DNA of 64,000 nt from Octopus sinensis. Its lineage: Eukaryota. Below are positions 38,930-51,886 of this stretch, piece after piece; position 1 is the stretch's first letter; the number at the start of each line of letters is the position of its first letter. The notes beneath the pieces are model-generated. The model was not told where the DNA came from. It saw only the letters and a program-made list of their open reading frames with translations, and searched no databases. The translations under genes were made by a program, and so were the position numbers. The stretch is from contig NC_042998.1 in assembly GCF_006345805.1 (NCBI RefSeq), positions 54,188,001 to 54,252,000 on the forward strand, in the 5' to 3' direction.

Positions 38930-39100
38930 TAGGCACAGGAGTGGCTGTGTGGTAAGTAGCTTGCTTACCAACCACATGGTAAGAGACCGATAGAATAAGT
39001 ACTAGGCTTATAAAGAATAAGTCCTGGGGTCGATTTGCTTGACTAAAAACGGTGCTCCAGCATAGCCACAGTCAAATGACTGAAACAAGTAAAAGAGAGT
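38930..39100 (+). mobile_element. SINE family A with large internal deletion
   Basis: Head ...caaccacatggt joined directly to aagagaccgatagaataag; central body and microsatellite missing. Confidence 0.85.
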
Positions 39101-39114
39101 AAAGAGAGAGAGTA

Positions 39115-39351
39115 GGGGACATATGGCTCCTGGGAGATCCATATAAAGCTTTGTTAAAATTTATGTGCAATAAATTATTTATACATCTATGATACACAAA
39201 ACATTCTAATTTTTTTTATACAATTCCAAATGATATTTAATAATAAATATAAGATTTTTTTTTTTTTATATACATCAACCATCGTGGTCCAGCAGAGTAA
39301 AACAAGAATCAAAAGAGTTCATAGGCAAAAAAATGGTTGAGAACTACTGAT
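39115..39351 (-). mobile_element. hAT MITE (third copy, one end missing)
   Basis: Ends ...ggcaaaaaaatGGTTGAGAACTACTG; interior is the reverse complement of the 343 and 15505 copies. Confidence 0.7.
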
Positions 39352-39589
39352 ACAGGGTATGTACAGTGTGTTGTGTTATATTAATGGGTGTCCTTTGTGC
39401 ACAATGTCAGTTGTGTTAGTTGTCAGCATTAGAGTGTGAGGCATTAATTATGTAAGAGTATGTGTTGTGCTGTTTTATTGAGTATTTTAGTGTTTAATGT
39501 ATGTGCAGAGGATGTCCAGTATGAGGGTCTGTGTTTTTTTTCTGAGATATGGAATTATTATTATTATACAGTAATATTTACTTAATTCT

Positions 39590-40285
39590 TTATTGCCCAC
39601 AAGGCAGAGAGTAGACAAACAAGAACAGACAAAGGGATTAAGTCGATTACATCGACCCCAGTGCATAACTGGTACTTAATTTATTGACCCTAAAAGGATG
39701 AAATGCAAAGTCGACCTCGACAGGATTTGAACTCAGAACGTAATGGCAGACGAAATACCGCTAAGCATTTCGTCCAGCATGCTAACGATTCTGCCAGCTC
39801 ACCGCCTTATACTGACTTGTTATAAGGTAACAAGCTAGCAAAATCATTAGCATGCTGGGCAAAATGTTTGGTGACATTTCATGCCTTTATGTGCTGAGTT
39901 CAAATTCCACCAAGGCCAACGTTGCCCTTTTTCCTTTTGTGGGTCAATAAAACAAGTACCATTTGAGAAGGTCAATGTAATCGACTCAACCCCTACCTTG
40001 AAATGGCTGACCTTGTTCCAACATTTGAAACTTTTGTTATGCATATATACATTTGGCCTTGTTTTTAAGGTGTTGAGCTGGCAGAACCGTTAGCATGCCA
40101 GCCAAAATACTAAGTGGCATTTTATCCATCTTTACATTTGAGTTCAAATTCCACTGAGGCTGATGCTAACTTTACCTTTCATCCTTTCAGGGTCAATAGA
40201 ATAAGTACCAGTTGAGTACTGGGGTTGATGTAATCAACTTCCCCCTCCCCCGAACTTGCAGGCCTTGTGCCAACATTTGAAAGCA
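39590..40285. mobile_element. Three family B SINEs (39590-39810 minus; 39825-40030 and 40070-40285 plus)
   Basis: Family motifs; first two are head-to-head. Confidence 0.8.
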
Positions 40286-41076
40286 ATATATTTGGACTTT
40301 ATTGTATGAGTGTCTTTGTCTTGGTTGCAATGGTCAGGGTTTCAAGCCATTCTATCTCATAGCACATTGCAGACGTCTGTTCTTTTATGTAACCTTGTAA
40401 TATTGAACAAAACCCCTTTATTAGATACACAAAGGCAACATTTTTTGCATCTTGTAGCCTATACCAAGTAAATTCTTGTATTTGTAATTCTCTACTCATG
40501 TTGCTGCTTGCTTGTTCTGTTCACACTGAAGTATTTCTACTGCGTAGAGTGATTGATCCTGAGGGATTAAACTAATACCCAACAACAACAACAACAGCAA
40601 AGACAATGATACCACCACCACAAACACAAATCAGCTAACTGCTATACATGCCATTGGCACCACTACTACCACCATCACCAAAACTGGTGCTGCTGCCACC
40701 ACCACCACCACCAAGTAAACTACAACGCTCAGCACTTGACACTTAATGCAGAGAGAATATAAGCATTGATTAAGGGTCAGTGCATATACAATCTGGTTCA
40801 AGTGAAACAAGCAAGCAGCATCACAAAGTAGAAGAACAGCTAATGGGGAAAATATCCCTGGCATCCATAGCAGAATGTGAATGATCTAGTCCTTGTGAAT
40901 TTATAAGAAAGGATCAGTATGTCCAAAATTCATATAAAAAATATGGCAGACACTTAAAGATGGACAGTACCTCTGAAATGTCATGGTCACTTACTTGACT
41001 GTTGGCTAAGAAATCAAGATAAATCTGTAATTGAGTGATTGATTGATTGATTAATTGATTGAATGATTAAGAGAAT

Positions 41077-41133
<57 letters not shown>
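41077..41133. repeat. (GATA)n microsatellite
   Basis: Direct inspection. Confidence 0.95.
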
Positions 41134-41134
<1 letters not shown>

Positions 41135-41217
41135 CAGAAGGCATTTCTAATGGTAAAGTAAATAGCTTATTAAATTTTAACAGAGAAAATTGAATACCTA
41201 TTCAAAAGTTTCCTTAA

Positions 41218-41441
41218 CCCTTTCATTACTAACCCGGCTGAAACTGCCTCTGGCTCTGTAGTAGAAATGTCTTGTTTTCTTAAGTTTTGAATTAAAATCT
41301 TCCACCAAACCTTAGTCACAATTTATGTTATTAACAGAACTAGCTTAATGGTAACTAAGTTATTTTACTAAATTCTTTGTTATATTTAAAATAATTGAAA
41401 GAAATACAGGGCATCTCAAAATAACTACGGTAATGAAAGGG
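41218..41441. mobile_element. piggyBac-type MITE (second family)
   Basis: TTAA|CCCTTTCATTAC ... GTAATGAAAGGG|TTAA: perfect 12-bp TIR and TTAA TSD. Confidence 0.88.
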
Positions 41442-41626
41442 TTAAGAGAAATTTGAAGAGAGATTCATCATTTTATTTCCATTTTGTAATAAACTTATCA
41501 GTATAAAAAATGGAAATTTCTTAGATTTGAAATCAGTAGCTTTAATAAATTAACTGAATACTTTTAATGACCAAATTTAGAAAAATGTGCATGTATCTGT
41601 GTACATATGTATGTACATACATATAT

Positions 41627-42022
41627 AGACACAGGTGTGGCTGAGTGATATGAAGTTTGCTTCCCAACCACATGGTTCTGGGTTCAGTCTCACTGCATGG
41701 CGCCTTGGGCAAGTGTCTTCTACTACAGCCTCAGGCCGACCAAAGCCTTGTGCGTGGATTTAGTAGATGGAAACCCATTGTGTATATGTGCGTGTTTGTG
41801 TGTGCATGTGTGTCTTTGCATTTGCGTTTGTTCTTCCAGCATCACTTGACAACTGATGTTGGTGAGTTTATGTCCCTGTAATGTAGCAGTTTAGCAAAAA
41901 TGACTGATAAAATGAGTACTAGCTAGGCTTATAAAGAATAAGCTTTGGTGGGTGATGTGTTCAACTAAAAAAGCCTTTAAGGCAGTGCTCCAGCATGGCC
42001 ACAGTCAAATGACTGAAACAAA
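41627..42022 (+). mobile_element. SINE family A
   Basis: Head to tail family motifs. Confidence 0.85.
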
Positions 42023-42516
42023 AAAAAATATACATGCGTGCATGTATGCATGCCAGCCTGCATACCAAGAAGGAGGGAGAGAAGTAAAGGAGAAACAAAT
42101 AGACAGAATAGAGATTGATAGTTTTGTTTCTATGTTGTAATGAGTTATGTCTTTCAAAAAAAAAAAAAAATTCCAACTTACAAGAGTAGCAGATTAATAA
42201 GTTAACTAAACACCTTGAGTGATCATGTTGAGAAATGTATGCATTTGTCTGAGCACATGCAAACGCATTTAATATACATATATAAAAATAGACAGATGGA
42301 CAGATACACTGTTGTAATATTCATACATATGTATCAGTGTTTAAGTGTATATGCATATGTTAATGCATGTGCAAAGTTAAATAGAGAGAGAGTGAAAGGG
42401 GGGGGGGAGAAAAAGAGAGAGAGATAATACAGTTGGCTGCATGGTTTAAGACCACAACCTGGTACCTTGTACACCTTTAGCTGAGTCCACTTTGTTGCAA
42501 GCTTTCAGGCTAGGAG

Positions 42517-42955
42517 TAAAGATTGTTTGCCAATAATAACATGGCAGTCCTGGTTTAGGATGAATGTTGCTGTAATTTAGCCCCAGGAGACATCGTCTCC
42601 AGCTGGCTATACGACACCATCTGTTTCCTTATATTTTTGAACAAGGTAATCTAGCACCCCAACTCAGCTCAAAACAATATCTGTCTATCGTGATTTCCAG
42701 GTTATTTCCCTTCATCAGCACAGTATAATTGTTCAGCTAGATAATTATTCTGTGCTGATGAAGAGAAATAACCCAGGAATCGCAATAGACAGATATTGCT
42801 TTGAGCTGAGTCGGGGTGCTAGATTCCCTTGCTCAAAAATATACGGACACAGATCATGTTGTACAGTCAGCTGGAGACGATGTCTCCTGCAGCAAAATTA
42901 CAGCAACATTCATCCTAAACCAGGACTGCCATGTTATGTTGGCAAACAATCTTTA
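42517..42955. repeat. ~440-bp palindrome (arms ~213 bp, loop ~12 nt) with a hammerhead motif in each arm
   Basis: taaagattgtttgccaa...ccttcatcagcacagtataatt | aattattctgtgctgatgaag...ttggcaaacaatcttta; arms clearly complementary with scattered mismatches. Confidence 0.95.
42681..42723 (-). ncRNA. Minimal type I hammerhead motif (left arm of palindrome)
   Basis: Minus strand: CTGTG-CTGATGA-A[GGG aaataa CCT]G-GAA-ATCACGAT-A-GACAG. Core intact; stem III is a near-palindrome; AUA triplet; G-G mismatch at the base of stem I. The right-arm copy (~42750-42792, +) has GAAA mutated to GGAA. Confidence 0.6.
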
Positions 42956-43490
42956 TTCCAAAGTACTGTTACTGAATATCTCTCATTGTGAGATCTAAAA
43001 ACAGTAATTTTCTTTCAGGCTAGGTCTCAAGTTTAAGGTACCTTCCTTTCTCTTCTCTACTCACCAATCTTGGAAGCCCTGTAAAGGGTCACAGGTACTA
43101 CCTTCTCCCTCGACTTAGAAGGAAAAAAATGAAGAAGAATGATGTAACGTTTATCCCCACTTTAAACTGGATGTTGTTTTAGAACACAGAACACTGTGAT
43201 AGTCATTATGAGAGAACCTCTCACATGAACTTTTTGATACATATAAACACTATTGTTAACATTGCTGGTGAGAGATAAATCACTTGCTATCACCACTGCT
43301 GAGACTAACAGATCACATGATTTTGACCTTCCTTAGCCTTGTCAGTTGTAGATGGTTTACTGCTGGAAATAGCAGTGATATCTCTGCTAGTGATATACAT
43401 AGAATCTCAGTACCTAATCCGTCACTGGTGTTGTGAATAGCCAGTGGGCTTACTAAAAAGATATTTTTAGTGACAAAAGCAGTATTAGTA

Positions 43491-43663
43491 TCAAAAGGTA
43501 ATATTTATCCCCCACTAACAAGTAGTTGTTGTGTGAGAACACAGAATACTGCAATCTCATAATGGCATTTTGTGCATATAAGCACTCCCGTTTACATCGC
43601 TTGCAGTACTCTGTGTTCTAATACAACACCCAAATTTAAGTGAGGATAGATATTACCTTTTGG
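43491..43663. mobile_element. TA-flanked MITE with ~60-bp imperfect TIRs
   Basis: TA|TCAAAAGGTAATATTTATCC ... GGATAGATATTACCTTTTGG|TA; related single arm at ~43150-43210. Confidence 0.8.
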
Positions 43664-43839
43664 TATTGGTACAGCTCCTGTTGCTAATAGTTATTTACAA
43701 GAAATATGTATTTATGTGTACTTATATGCATGTGTGCCATTATACATACAAAGACAAAGGAAGAGAAAGCGACAGACAGACAGACAAGGGAATGCAATGA
43801 AGAAGTTCCTGGTTTTTTTTATTATTATTATAATTAAAG

Positions 43840-44947
43840 ATTGTGAGCTGGCAGGATTGTTGGCATGCTGGATGAGATGCCTAGTGTTATTTCACCTGTT
43901 GCTACATTTTGAGTTCATATTCCGCCAAGGGGGACTTTGCCTTTCATTCTTTTGGGGTCGGCAAATTAAGTACTAGTGAAACACTAGGGTCAATGTAATC
44001 AACTAATTCCCTTCCCCCAAAATTTCAGGCCTTGTGCCTTTAGTAGAAAGGATTATTATTATTATTTTTATTATTATTATAATTGGTAGTGAGCTAGCAG
44101 AATTGTTAGCATATCAGATGAAACAGTTAACAGCATTTTGACTGTCTTTACGTTGAGTTGAAATTTCACCAAGGTCGGCTTTGTCTTTCGTCTCTTTGGG
44201 GTTGATGAAATAAGTACCAGTTAAGCACTGGAGTCAACATATTCATCTAGCCTCTCCTCTCTCCCAAAATTGCATGCTTGGTGCCCATAGTAGAAAAGAC
44301 TATTATTATTGTTAAGGTGGCAAGCTGGCAGAATCATCAGCATGCCAGGTGAAATGCTTAGTGGTATTTCGTCTGCCGCTACGTTCTGAGTTCAAATTCC
44401 GCTGAAGTCGGCTTTGCCTTTCATCCTTTTGGGGTCGATAAATTAAGTACCAGTTACGCACTGGAGTCGATGTAATCGACTTAATCCATTTGTCTGTCCT
44501 TGTTTGTTCTCTCTGTGTTGAGCCCCTTGTGGGTAGTAAAGAAATAGATATTTCATTTGTCTTCACGTTCTGAGTTCAAATGCCACTGGGGTCAACTTTG
44601 CCTTTCATCCTTTCAGGGTCGATACAATAAGTACCACTTGAGTACTAGGGTTGATGTAATCAACTATCCCCGCCTCCAAAATTTCAGGCCTTGTGCCTAT
44701 AGTAGAAAGGATTATTATTATATTATTATTATTAGTAGTAGTAGTAGTAGTAGTAGTAGTAGACGAAATGCTTAGCGGTATTTCACCCATCGCTACATTC
44801 TGGGTTCAAATTTTGTCATGGCTAACTTTACCCTTCATCCTTTCGGGGTTGATAAAATAAGTTCAGTTGAAGACTGGGGTTGATGTAATCAACACATCCC
44901 CTCCCCTAAAATTGCTGCCTTTGTGGCAAAATTTGAAATTATTATTA

Positions 44948-44982
<35 letters not shown>

Positions 44983-45185
44983 GTAGTAGTAGTATAGTAG
45001 TAGTAGTAGACGAAATGCTTAGCGGTATTTCACCCATCGCTACATTCTGGGTTCAAATTTTGTCATGGCTAACTTTACCCTTCATCCTTTCGGGGTTGAT
45101 AAAATAAGTTCAGTTGAAGACTGGGGTTGATGTAATCAACACATCCCCTCCCCTAAAATTGCTGCCTTTGTGGCAAAATTTGAAA
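43840..45185 (+). mobile_element. Head-to-tail array of six family B SINEs
   Basis: Copies at ~43840, 44080, 44315, 44560, 44761, 45008, mostly separated by (ATT)n/(AGT)n; the last two are identical (offset 247). Confidence 0.85.
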
Positions 45186-45194
45186 TTATTATTA

Positions 45195-45230
<36 letters not shown>

Positions 45231-46357
45231 GTAGTAGTAGTAGTAGTAGCAGCAGCAGCAGTAGTTGTTGTTGTTGTTGTAGTAGTAGTAGTAGTAGTAG
45301 TAGCACTGGTACAATGGTGAAGTGTGAATCCTTAGAATCACTTATGTTACATTCTTAGTAGATACATTCTATTAATTATTTTTATATATACTTTTAACTG
45401 TGAATAGATCTTGTATAGTAAAAGCTGAGAGTATTTTCCTGACCAGAATATGAAAAATATATTGCCAGTAAAAGATCTCAAATATTTCAACAAATTAAAA
45501 AAAGAAAGAAAAAAAGTATGTGTGCTAGAGATTAATTCCTTTTTAAATAAATTCACATAATAAGGAAACTAAACTCATTAAAGCTAAAATAATTGAAGAG
45601 ATGAATCACAGAGTGGAGCCATTAAGTTAACATCTACAAGCGAGATAGAGTAGAATTAAATGAGTTATGGAGAAGATAGAAGGGAAACATACTAATGTTC
45701 ATCCAATAATAAACAAGACCATTTATTAGCTTTCGTAGAAGACAAGGAATGAAGAGAGATGAGAAATTTGAGATGAAAACTGATAGTTAAGGGAAAAGAT
45801 ATTAAGTTAAGATAGTTTGAAGATGAGATTACAGGCAAGTGAATCTAAAATTATTCAACAAAATTGCATTGTGGTTTGGTTTATTTCCAAAATTGATTGT
45901 ACTTTAGATAAATCTTAGTAGAAAAATCATGCATTACAATCAATAAGGTTGAATTCTACACAAGAATACGCATATACAAGACTAAGCTAATATCCTGACC
46001 ACATTAAGCTGATCAAAACAAAAATAATAAAAAAAAAAGAAGGAAAAAGAAAAACTCACAAAAGCTCTAAGCCAAACCTGCCAGAATCCAAAGTCGATTC
46101 AGAGTTTGATAAGGTAGAAAACTGGCAGAAAATGTTAGAATGTAGGGTAACTTTATTTTGCCATTTTTTTTTTTTTTTTACATGTTCTGAGCTGAAATCC
46201 TACAATAGTCAACTTTGCCTTTTATCCTTTCATGGTTGATAAAATATAGGTCCAGTCCAAGGCTGTGGACTGGCAAAGATGGTAGAGCATCGGATAATAC
46301 ACTATATGATATTTGTTCAAGCGCTTTGCATTCTGACTTCTCGTGTGGTAGACTTAA

Positions 46358-46574
46358 CCCTCCAGCATTCAAATTATTCTGTCAAATCTAATGAATATTT
46401 CTCCACATTGTTTTGAATTAATCATGCATTATCTTGTAGCTATGACATTTTGATGTGATTGCTTATAATTTGAATGACATTGTACAGTGTATATGAGAGG
46501 CTGGATCTGGTTGGTTTGAACATAAAACAGGTAGAATATTTGGGATGGATATGGCTAATTTAAATTCTAAAGGA
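46358..46574 (-). mobile_element. piggyBac-type MITE, same family as 9665-9882
   Basis: TTAA|CCCTCCAGCATTCAAA ... TAAATTCTAAAGGA|TTAA. Confidence 0.75.
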
Positions 46575-46871
46575 TTAATTTATTGCTTGCCAGCTTTTAG
46601 AGGCACTCACTATGTTGCAGACATTTTAGCTAGGTCACCAGCATGAGAACTACCCTCTCCCTTCATTGCACCAAAATCAGACATCCTGTAGAATAATAGG
46701 GTGGTGGTAGAAAGGTCATGGTACTGCCCTTCCCCCACTAACTAAGTGGTGAAATATATACAACAAAAGAAATATTTAAAAGCTGGATTGACCATGGCTT
46801 GGTCAATACAACATCAATAATCTGAATTCAATATGAAATAAAATTGAAACAGAATAAATTAATAGTTTACC

Positions 46872-47270
46872 CTTTTACTTGTTTCAGTCATTTGACTGTG
46901 GCCATGCTGGAGCACCACCTTTTAGTCGAGCAAATCGACCCCAGGACTTATTCTTTGGGAGCCTAGTACTTATTCTATCAGTCTCTTTTGCCAAACCAGT
47001 AAGTTACGGGGACGTAAAAGCACCACCATCAGTTGTCAAGCGATGTTGGGGGGACAAACAGACACACAAACACACACACAAATGTATGTATATACACATA
47101 TATATATGATGGGCTTTTTTCAGTTTCCGTCTACCAAATACACTCACAGGCTTTGGTCAGCCTGAGGCTATAGTAAAAGACACTTGCCCAAGGTGCCATG
47201 CAGTGGGAATGAACCCAGAACCATGTGGTTGGTAAGCAAGCTACTTACCACACAGCCACTCCTGCGCCTA
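46872..47270 (-). mobile_element. SINE family A, full length
   Basis: cttttacttgtttcagtcatttgactgtggcc ... cacagccactcctgcgccta. Confidence 0.9.
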
Positions 47271-47634
47271 AGTATTTCATAGATTGAGAGAGAAAGAAGA
47301 GCTAACACTGCAAATTGGATTATTTCATTCCTATTGAACAGAAAGTTTTAATAAGAGCTCCAACCTGTAAATTATCAGTTAGCTTGCTCTTTAAGATTCA
47401 CAAATATCAGATAAACAAAGAAATCTATCAATGTAACTTAATCTGTTCACTCTGTGAGATGCAACATAAAATTATTTTTCAACACCAATTTCAACACACC
47501 CTCAAACTGTAAATTAGGTGTAGGAATGGCTGTGTGGTTACAAAGATTGCTTTGCAACCACGAGGTTTCAGGTTCAATCCCACGAGTTGAGGACTTTCTG
47601 TGATTTATTCTGGATCTCAGCAATGGTGTTTAAA

Positions 47635-48110
47635 TAGTGACCTCTGGAAGTCTGCAAGTGCTAACTATTAATCTGGTGAAAAGGGTAGGTGCAGAAGTGA
47701 TACCAAATTGTTTTTGGCAAGAAACACACGAGTGAGGGGAGCTTGATGACAGGGTGAATTGCCATTTTGAAGAATTTAATTCTTTGTGCTGCACAGATCC
47801 AGTTGCTTTTGCCAAATGTTCTCCCTCAAATGCTTCAAAACGTCATAGAACTCTCGATTGATTGCCTGGCTCTGGGGGAAAAATTTATGATGCACAATAC
47901 CACATTTCTGGGGGTGACGCTCATAACAGGCCTTCCAGATCATTCATCATCTTCCAGGGACATTCTTCCACCTTTGAAGTGCCCATGCTACTCAAAACAT
48001 TATAGATATAACACATTGCCTCATCACTGTAAGCTTGCCAAAGCATGCTCAATGTCTCTTTTGCAAACTTCCCAAGTTTAACACAAAATTTCATGTTGGC
48101 TCTTTGTAGC
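47635..48110 (-). pseudogene. Internally deleted mariner transposase remnant
   Basis: QRANMKFCVKLGKFAKETLSMLWQAYSDEAM..FKGGRMSLEDDE*SGR joined to GIVHHKFFPQSQAINREFY..VLKHLRENI...LTRVFLAKNNLVSLLHLPFSPD (YSPDL motif relic). Confidence 0.85.
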
Positions 48111-49226
48111 TATGACAAAATTTTGTCCATGACAAAATTGCATGCACATGATCACAAAGACACAAATAACCATAGCTTGGCTCATTGCCCCATGAAGGTC
48201 ACTGCTAGCTCTCACTGCACATGCAAGCATGTGCTGCCATTTGTTGGCTTGCTACAGAAATAGTCATACAACTAGAAAAGACTAGGGATAAGGTAAGGTA
48301 ATGAACTTAATAACAGGTAAAAGTCTACGTCAAAACAGAGTCTGTTGATGAATGAAGCTGTAATGTATTGAGAGATAAGAAATATTTATAAGAACAAAGA
48401 CTAGGAATATATTGATTTCAAACAAATGCACCAGACTTCATATTTGTATGAGTGGTGTGAAATAATTCTGTGTGACTGTCTTGCCTTTCTCGAAATCAGT
48501 AACAGTATCTGTGAAGTGAATAGGCTTCAGCCAGAAATTGCAAGCAGCTCTTAGATAAGACAAAAAAAATGAAAAAGGATGGAAAAAGTAAAATGTACAG
48601 ATATATAACAATAGACATTTATTGATACCTAATATTCTTGACATCTACGAGTGAAAATTAGCTGGATTCTCAATAAATAAACCGAAGATGGTATTGATCA
48701 ATAATGCATGGAATACAATAATAAATAAGAACCGCTGACCAATATCAATAAATAAAATTTGAAAGCTATTGATGAATAAAGATTTCAGCAAATAGAGATA
48801 CGAAGCCATCAAGTTGTCATTGATTTTCTTTTCATTTTCATTATTATTATTATTTTTTTTTTTTTTTTTTGCTTTCTATTTGACATCATCTGAAAAGAAT
48901 GAGATGGCTGGAATGCTGATCTTTATAGATATAGAAACAAGGCAAGGAAGGCAAAAATTAATCTATATAGCTACTTAGAAATGGAAACTTTTACAAGGTT
49001 AACGGTTTTATACTTCTCACTTGATGTGCAACAAGAAAAAAACAAAACAAAAAAAAACAGAAATGAAAGACATATGAAACAGTATAGAATGATACAAAGG
49101 AATATCTTTTTTATATAGATATTTGGCAGGGTAAGTTAGGGAATCACAGGCATATCACCTTTCTTGAAATATAATGACTATTTTTATACTGAAGATAAAA
49201 TGAAGTAGAAACTTTCATACCAACAT

Positions 49227-49282
<56 letters not shown>

Positions 49283-49819
49283 ACAGTAGAGTGTGCTTCT
49301 CTTTTGGATTTATGATTTTCTGACAATCAATACATACATATATACATATAGTATAAGGAAATGATAATGTAGTAAATGTGAACATAACAGTTTAAGTGCA
49401 TTTTTACTGACAACTTAAATGCAAAATAAAGCAATTGTTTTACTCCCAACACACAATATCAGATCAAGTTGCATGCCAAAAGAGTTTAACTCTGGAATGA
49501 CTATGTTGTTATATTGTTTGTAAGGTGGATAGAAGAGAGGTACGTTTTTGATGAATTAAACCAGTTTAATTTGGTTTCTCAAATAATCAGTTTAAATTGA
49601 CAGGTTAGAGTAGTTCAATTTAACAATGTGTGCCCTCTCACTGAATAAAAGGTTTTAATGCTGCTTTAAACCTACTTTTATAACATAGGAGAAATGATAA
49701 GGCAAGATAACTGAAGGAGGATTTGAACTCAGAACATATCACAAGATATCACCCTAGGTTCTCATTCCTAAGATATTTTTGTTTTGCTGATATAATTATT
49801 ATTATCATTGTTTATTCAA

Positions 49820-50030
49820 GGCACTGCCTGGAATTGAATTCACAGTCTTGGGGTTAGTAGCCCACACTCTTAACCATTATGCTGTATGTCCATGGGTATA
49901 TATGTCCAATGTAAATAATGTAAATAATATAAAGTGTCTTGCTCAAGAACACAACACACAGCTCAGTTGGGGAATCGAACTCACTACCTCGTGATTGTGA
50001 GCCTGACACTCTAACCACTGAGACATGCAC
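49820..50030 (-). mobile_element. SINE family C fragment(s)
   Basis: gtgtcttgctcaagaacacaacac core; GGGAATCGAACTC B box on the reverse strand. Confidence 0.7.
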
Positions 50031-50492
50031 CTTCACAGTCATGGTAATAATGGTATAATGGAGTAGAGAGGAACAAAAAAATAAATGCAAAGCAAAAAGT
50101 AAAAATTAAAATAAAGAACCCTCACGTAAGGAGAGGTTTAGTGTTACAAAACTATTTACTGAATAACCACCTGCTATCATCCTCTGTGACCTTATAGAAA
50201 ATCTTGAAGACATGGTAATTTTTTTTTTGTACCAACCAATTACAGCATACACAGTAAACAGCAGCCAACCTTGCCGTCTATCTCTCAATACACTCAAACA
50301 AAATGCAATTCTCTTTGAACCATTAATGTACCATCAAGTGAATAATACTATGTTAATGAATTAATTCATCTCAATGGGTTACTGACACAATGACAATCCA
50401 GTCGACTAGTGACTAACACATGCAGATAAACAACAGTTTCTTTTTAATATTTTTCCTATATTATTTCTTTAATTTTGTTTTTCATCAAGTGC

Positions 50493-50539
<47 letters not shown>

Positions 50540-50977
50540 CCTTTCTCCTATAGGCACAAGGCCGGAAATTTTTGGGGAGGAGACCAGTCAATTACATTGA
50601 CCCCAGTGCATAACTGGTACTTAATTTATCAACTCCAAAAGGATGAAAGGCGAAGTTGACCCTGGTGGTATTTGAATATGATAATGATAATAATAATAAT
50701 GACGATGATGATGATGATTTCAAATTTTGCCACAAGGGAGCTTGTGGGAGAGAATTAAGTCAATTACATTGATCCCACTGAGTAACTGGTACTTATTTAA
50801 TTGAGCCTGAAAGGATGAAAAGCAAAATCAACCTTGGCAGAACTTGAACTTAGAATGAAGCAATGGGCGAAATACTGCCAAGCATTTCATCCAACATGCT
50901 AACGATCCTGCCAGCTCGCCACCTTAACAATGATAATAATAATAATAATGATGATGATGATGATGATAATAATAATG

Positions 50978-51020
<43 letters not shown>

Positions 51021-51024
51021 TGAT

Positions 51025-51180
51025 AAAATTGCACTACTAGGCACTGCACACATCCTACGCAGAACACTTTCCATACAATAACCATCAGAGCATCACAACA
51101 AATCACAGCACATACCCAAGGCACACAGAGCTGCGCTCGGTAGAGAAGTGAAAGCACGCTATAAAAATAAAATTACTGAA
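51025..51180 (+). mobile_element. 3' end of an R4/Dong-like non-LTR retrotransposon inside (AAT)n (further copies 51211-51367, 52451-52605)
   Basis: KIALLGTAHILRRTLSIQ* is the typical extreme C-terminus of REL-endonuclease LINEs; short 3' UTR ends in (AAT)n. Dong elements are known to target TAA repeats. Confidence 0.7.
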
Positions 51181-51395
51181 TAATAATAATAATAATAATA
51201 ATAATGATGATAAAATTGCACTACTAGGCACTGCACACATCCTACGCAGAACACTTTCCATACAATAACCATCAGAGCATCACAACAAACCACAGCACAT
51301 ACCCAAGGCACACAGAGCTGCGCTCGGTAGTGAAGTGAAAGCACGCTATAAAAATAAAACTACTGAATAATAATAATGATAATAATAACAACAAC

Positions 51396-51886
51396 AACAA
51401 GAGCACTCAGAGAGTGCAAACCTCTGCCACTGCAACACCAACATCCTCTTGACAATTAACCAGAGATGATTTTTTAAAATGAGAATATCTGAAATAAAAT
51501 CGACTGCTCTCACAAACAAGAATACTAAAAATGAACTTGATCACTCTCAAATGGAAAAATAATCCATATACCTTGTACAATGGAAATGGGATGGTAATAT
51601 TCAGCACTGAAAACGTGTGAATATATGTGTGTATGTGTGTGTGTACAAGAGAACTATGTGAAACTTTACATATGCATGTAAAGAAAATATAAAAAATAAT
51701 CCAGAATCCTCGACCAGTACCAGACTGATCCCAAAATCTAATCAGTTAGTTCATATCAGTCACAAGGCCAAACATTCCTGAAAGTTTCATCTGAATCCAT
51801 CCAGTGGTTCTTGAGATATCTTGTCCATAGACAAACTCACAAACAAACACAACCGAAAACAATACCCCCGCCTTCGCTAAGGCTGA

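Noticed and set aside
40995-41024. Candidate 30-nt minus-strand micro-exon (IYLDFLANSQ) with perfect GTAAGT donor
   Set aside because: Only open in phase 0, whereas the adjacent KATNIP intron is phase 1; weak polypyrimidine tract; no convincing homology.
43065-43113. Candidate 49-nt minus-strand exon with good acceptor and GTGAGT donor (SREKVVPVTLYRASKI, phase-1 exit)
   Set aside because: Phase could join the 20931 acceptor, but the peptide does not match the expected conserved WGD-containing exon; unsupported without RNA-seq.
51025-51180. Idea that the Dong-like LINE is the partner mobilising SINE B
   Set aside because: Tails have opposite polarity ((AAT)n vs (ATT)n on the sense strands) and the 3' ends share no sequence.
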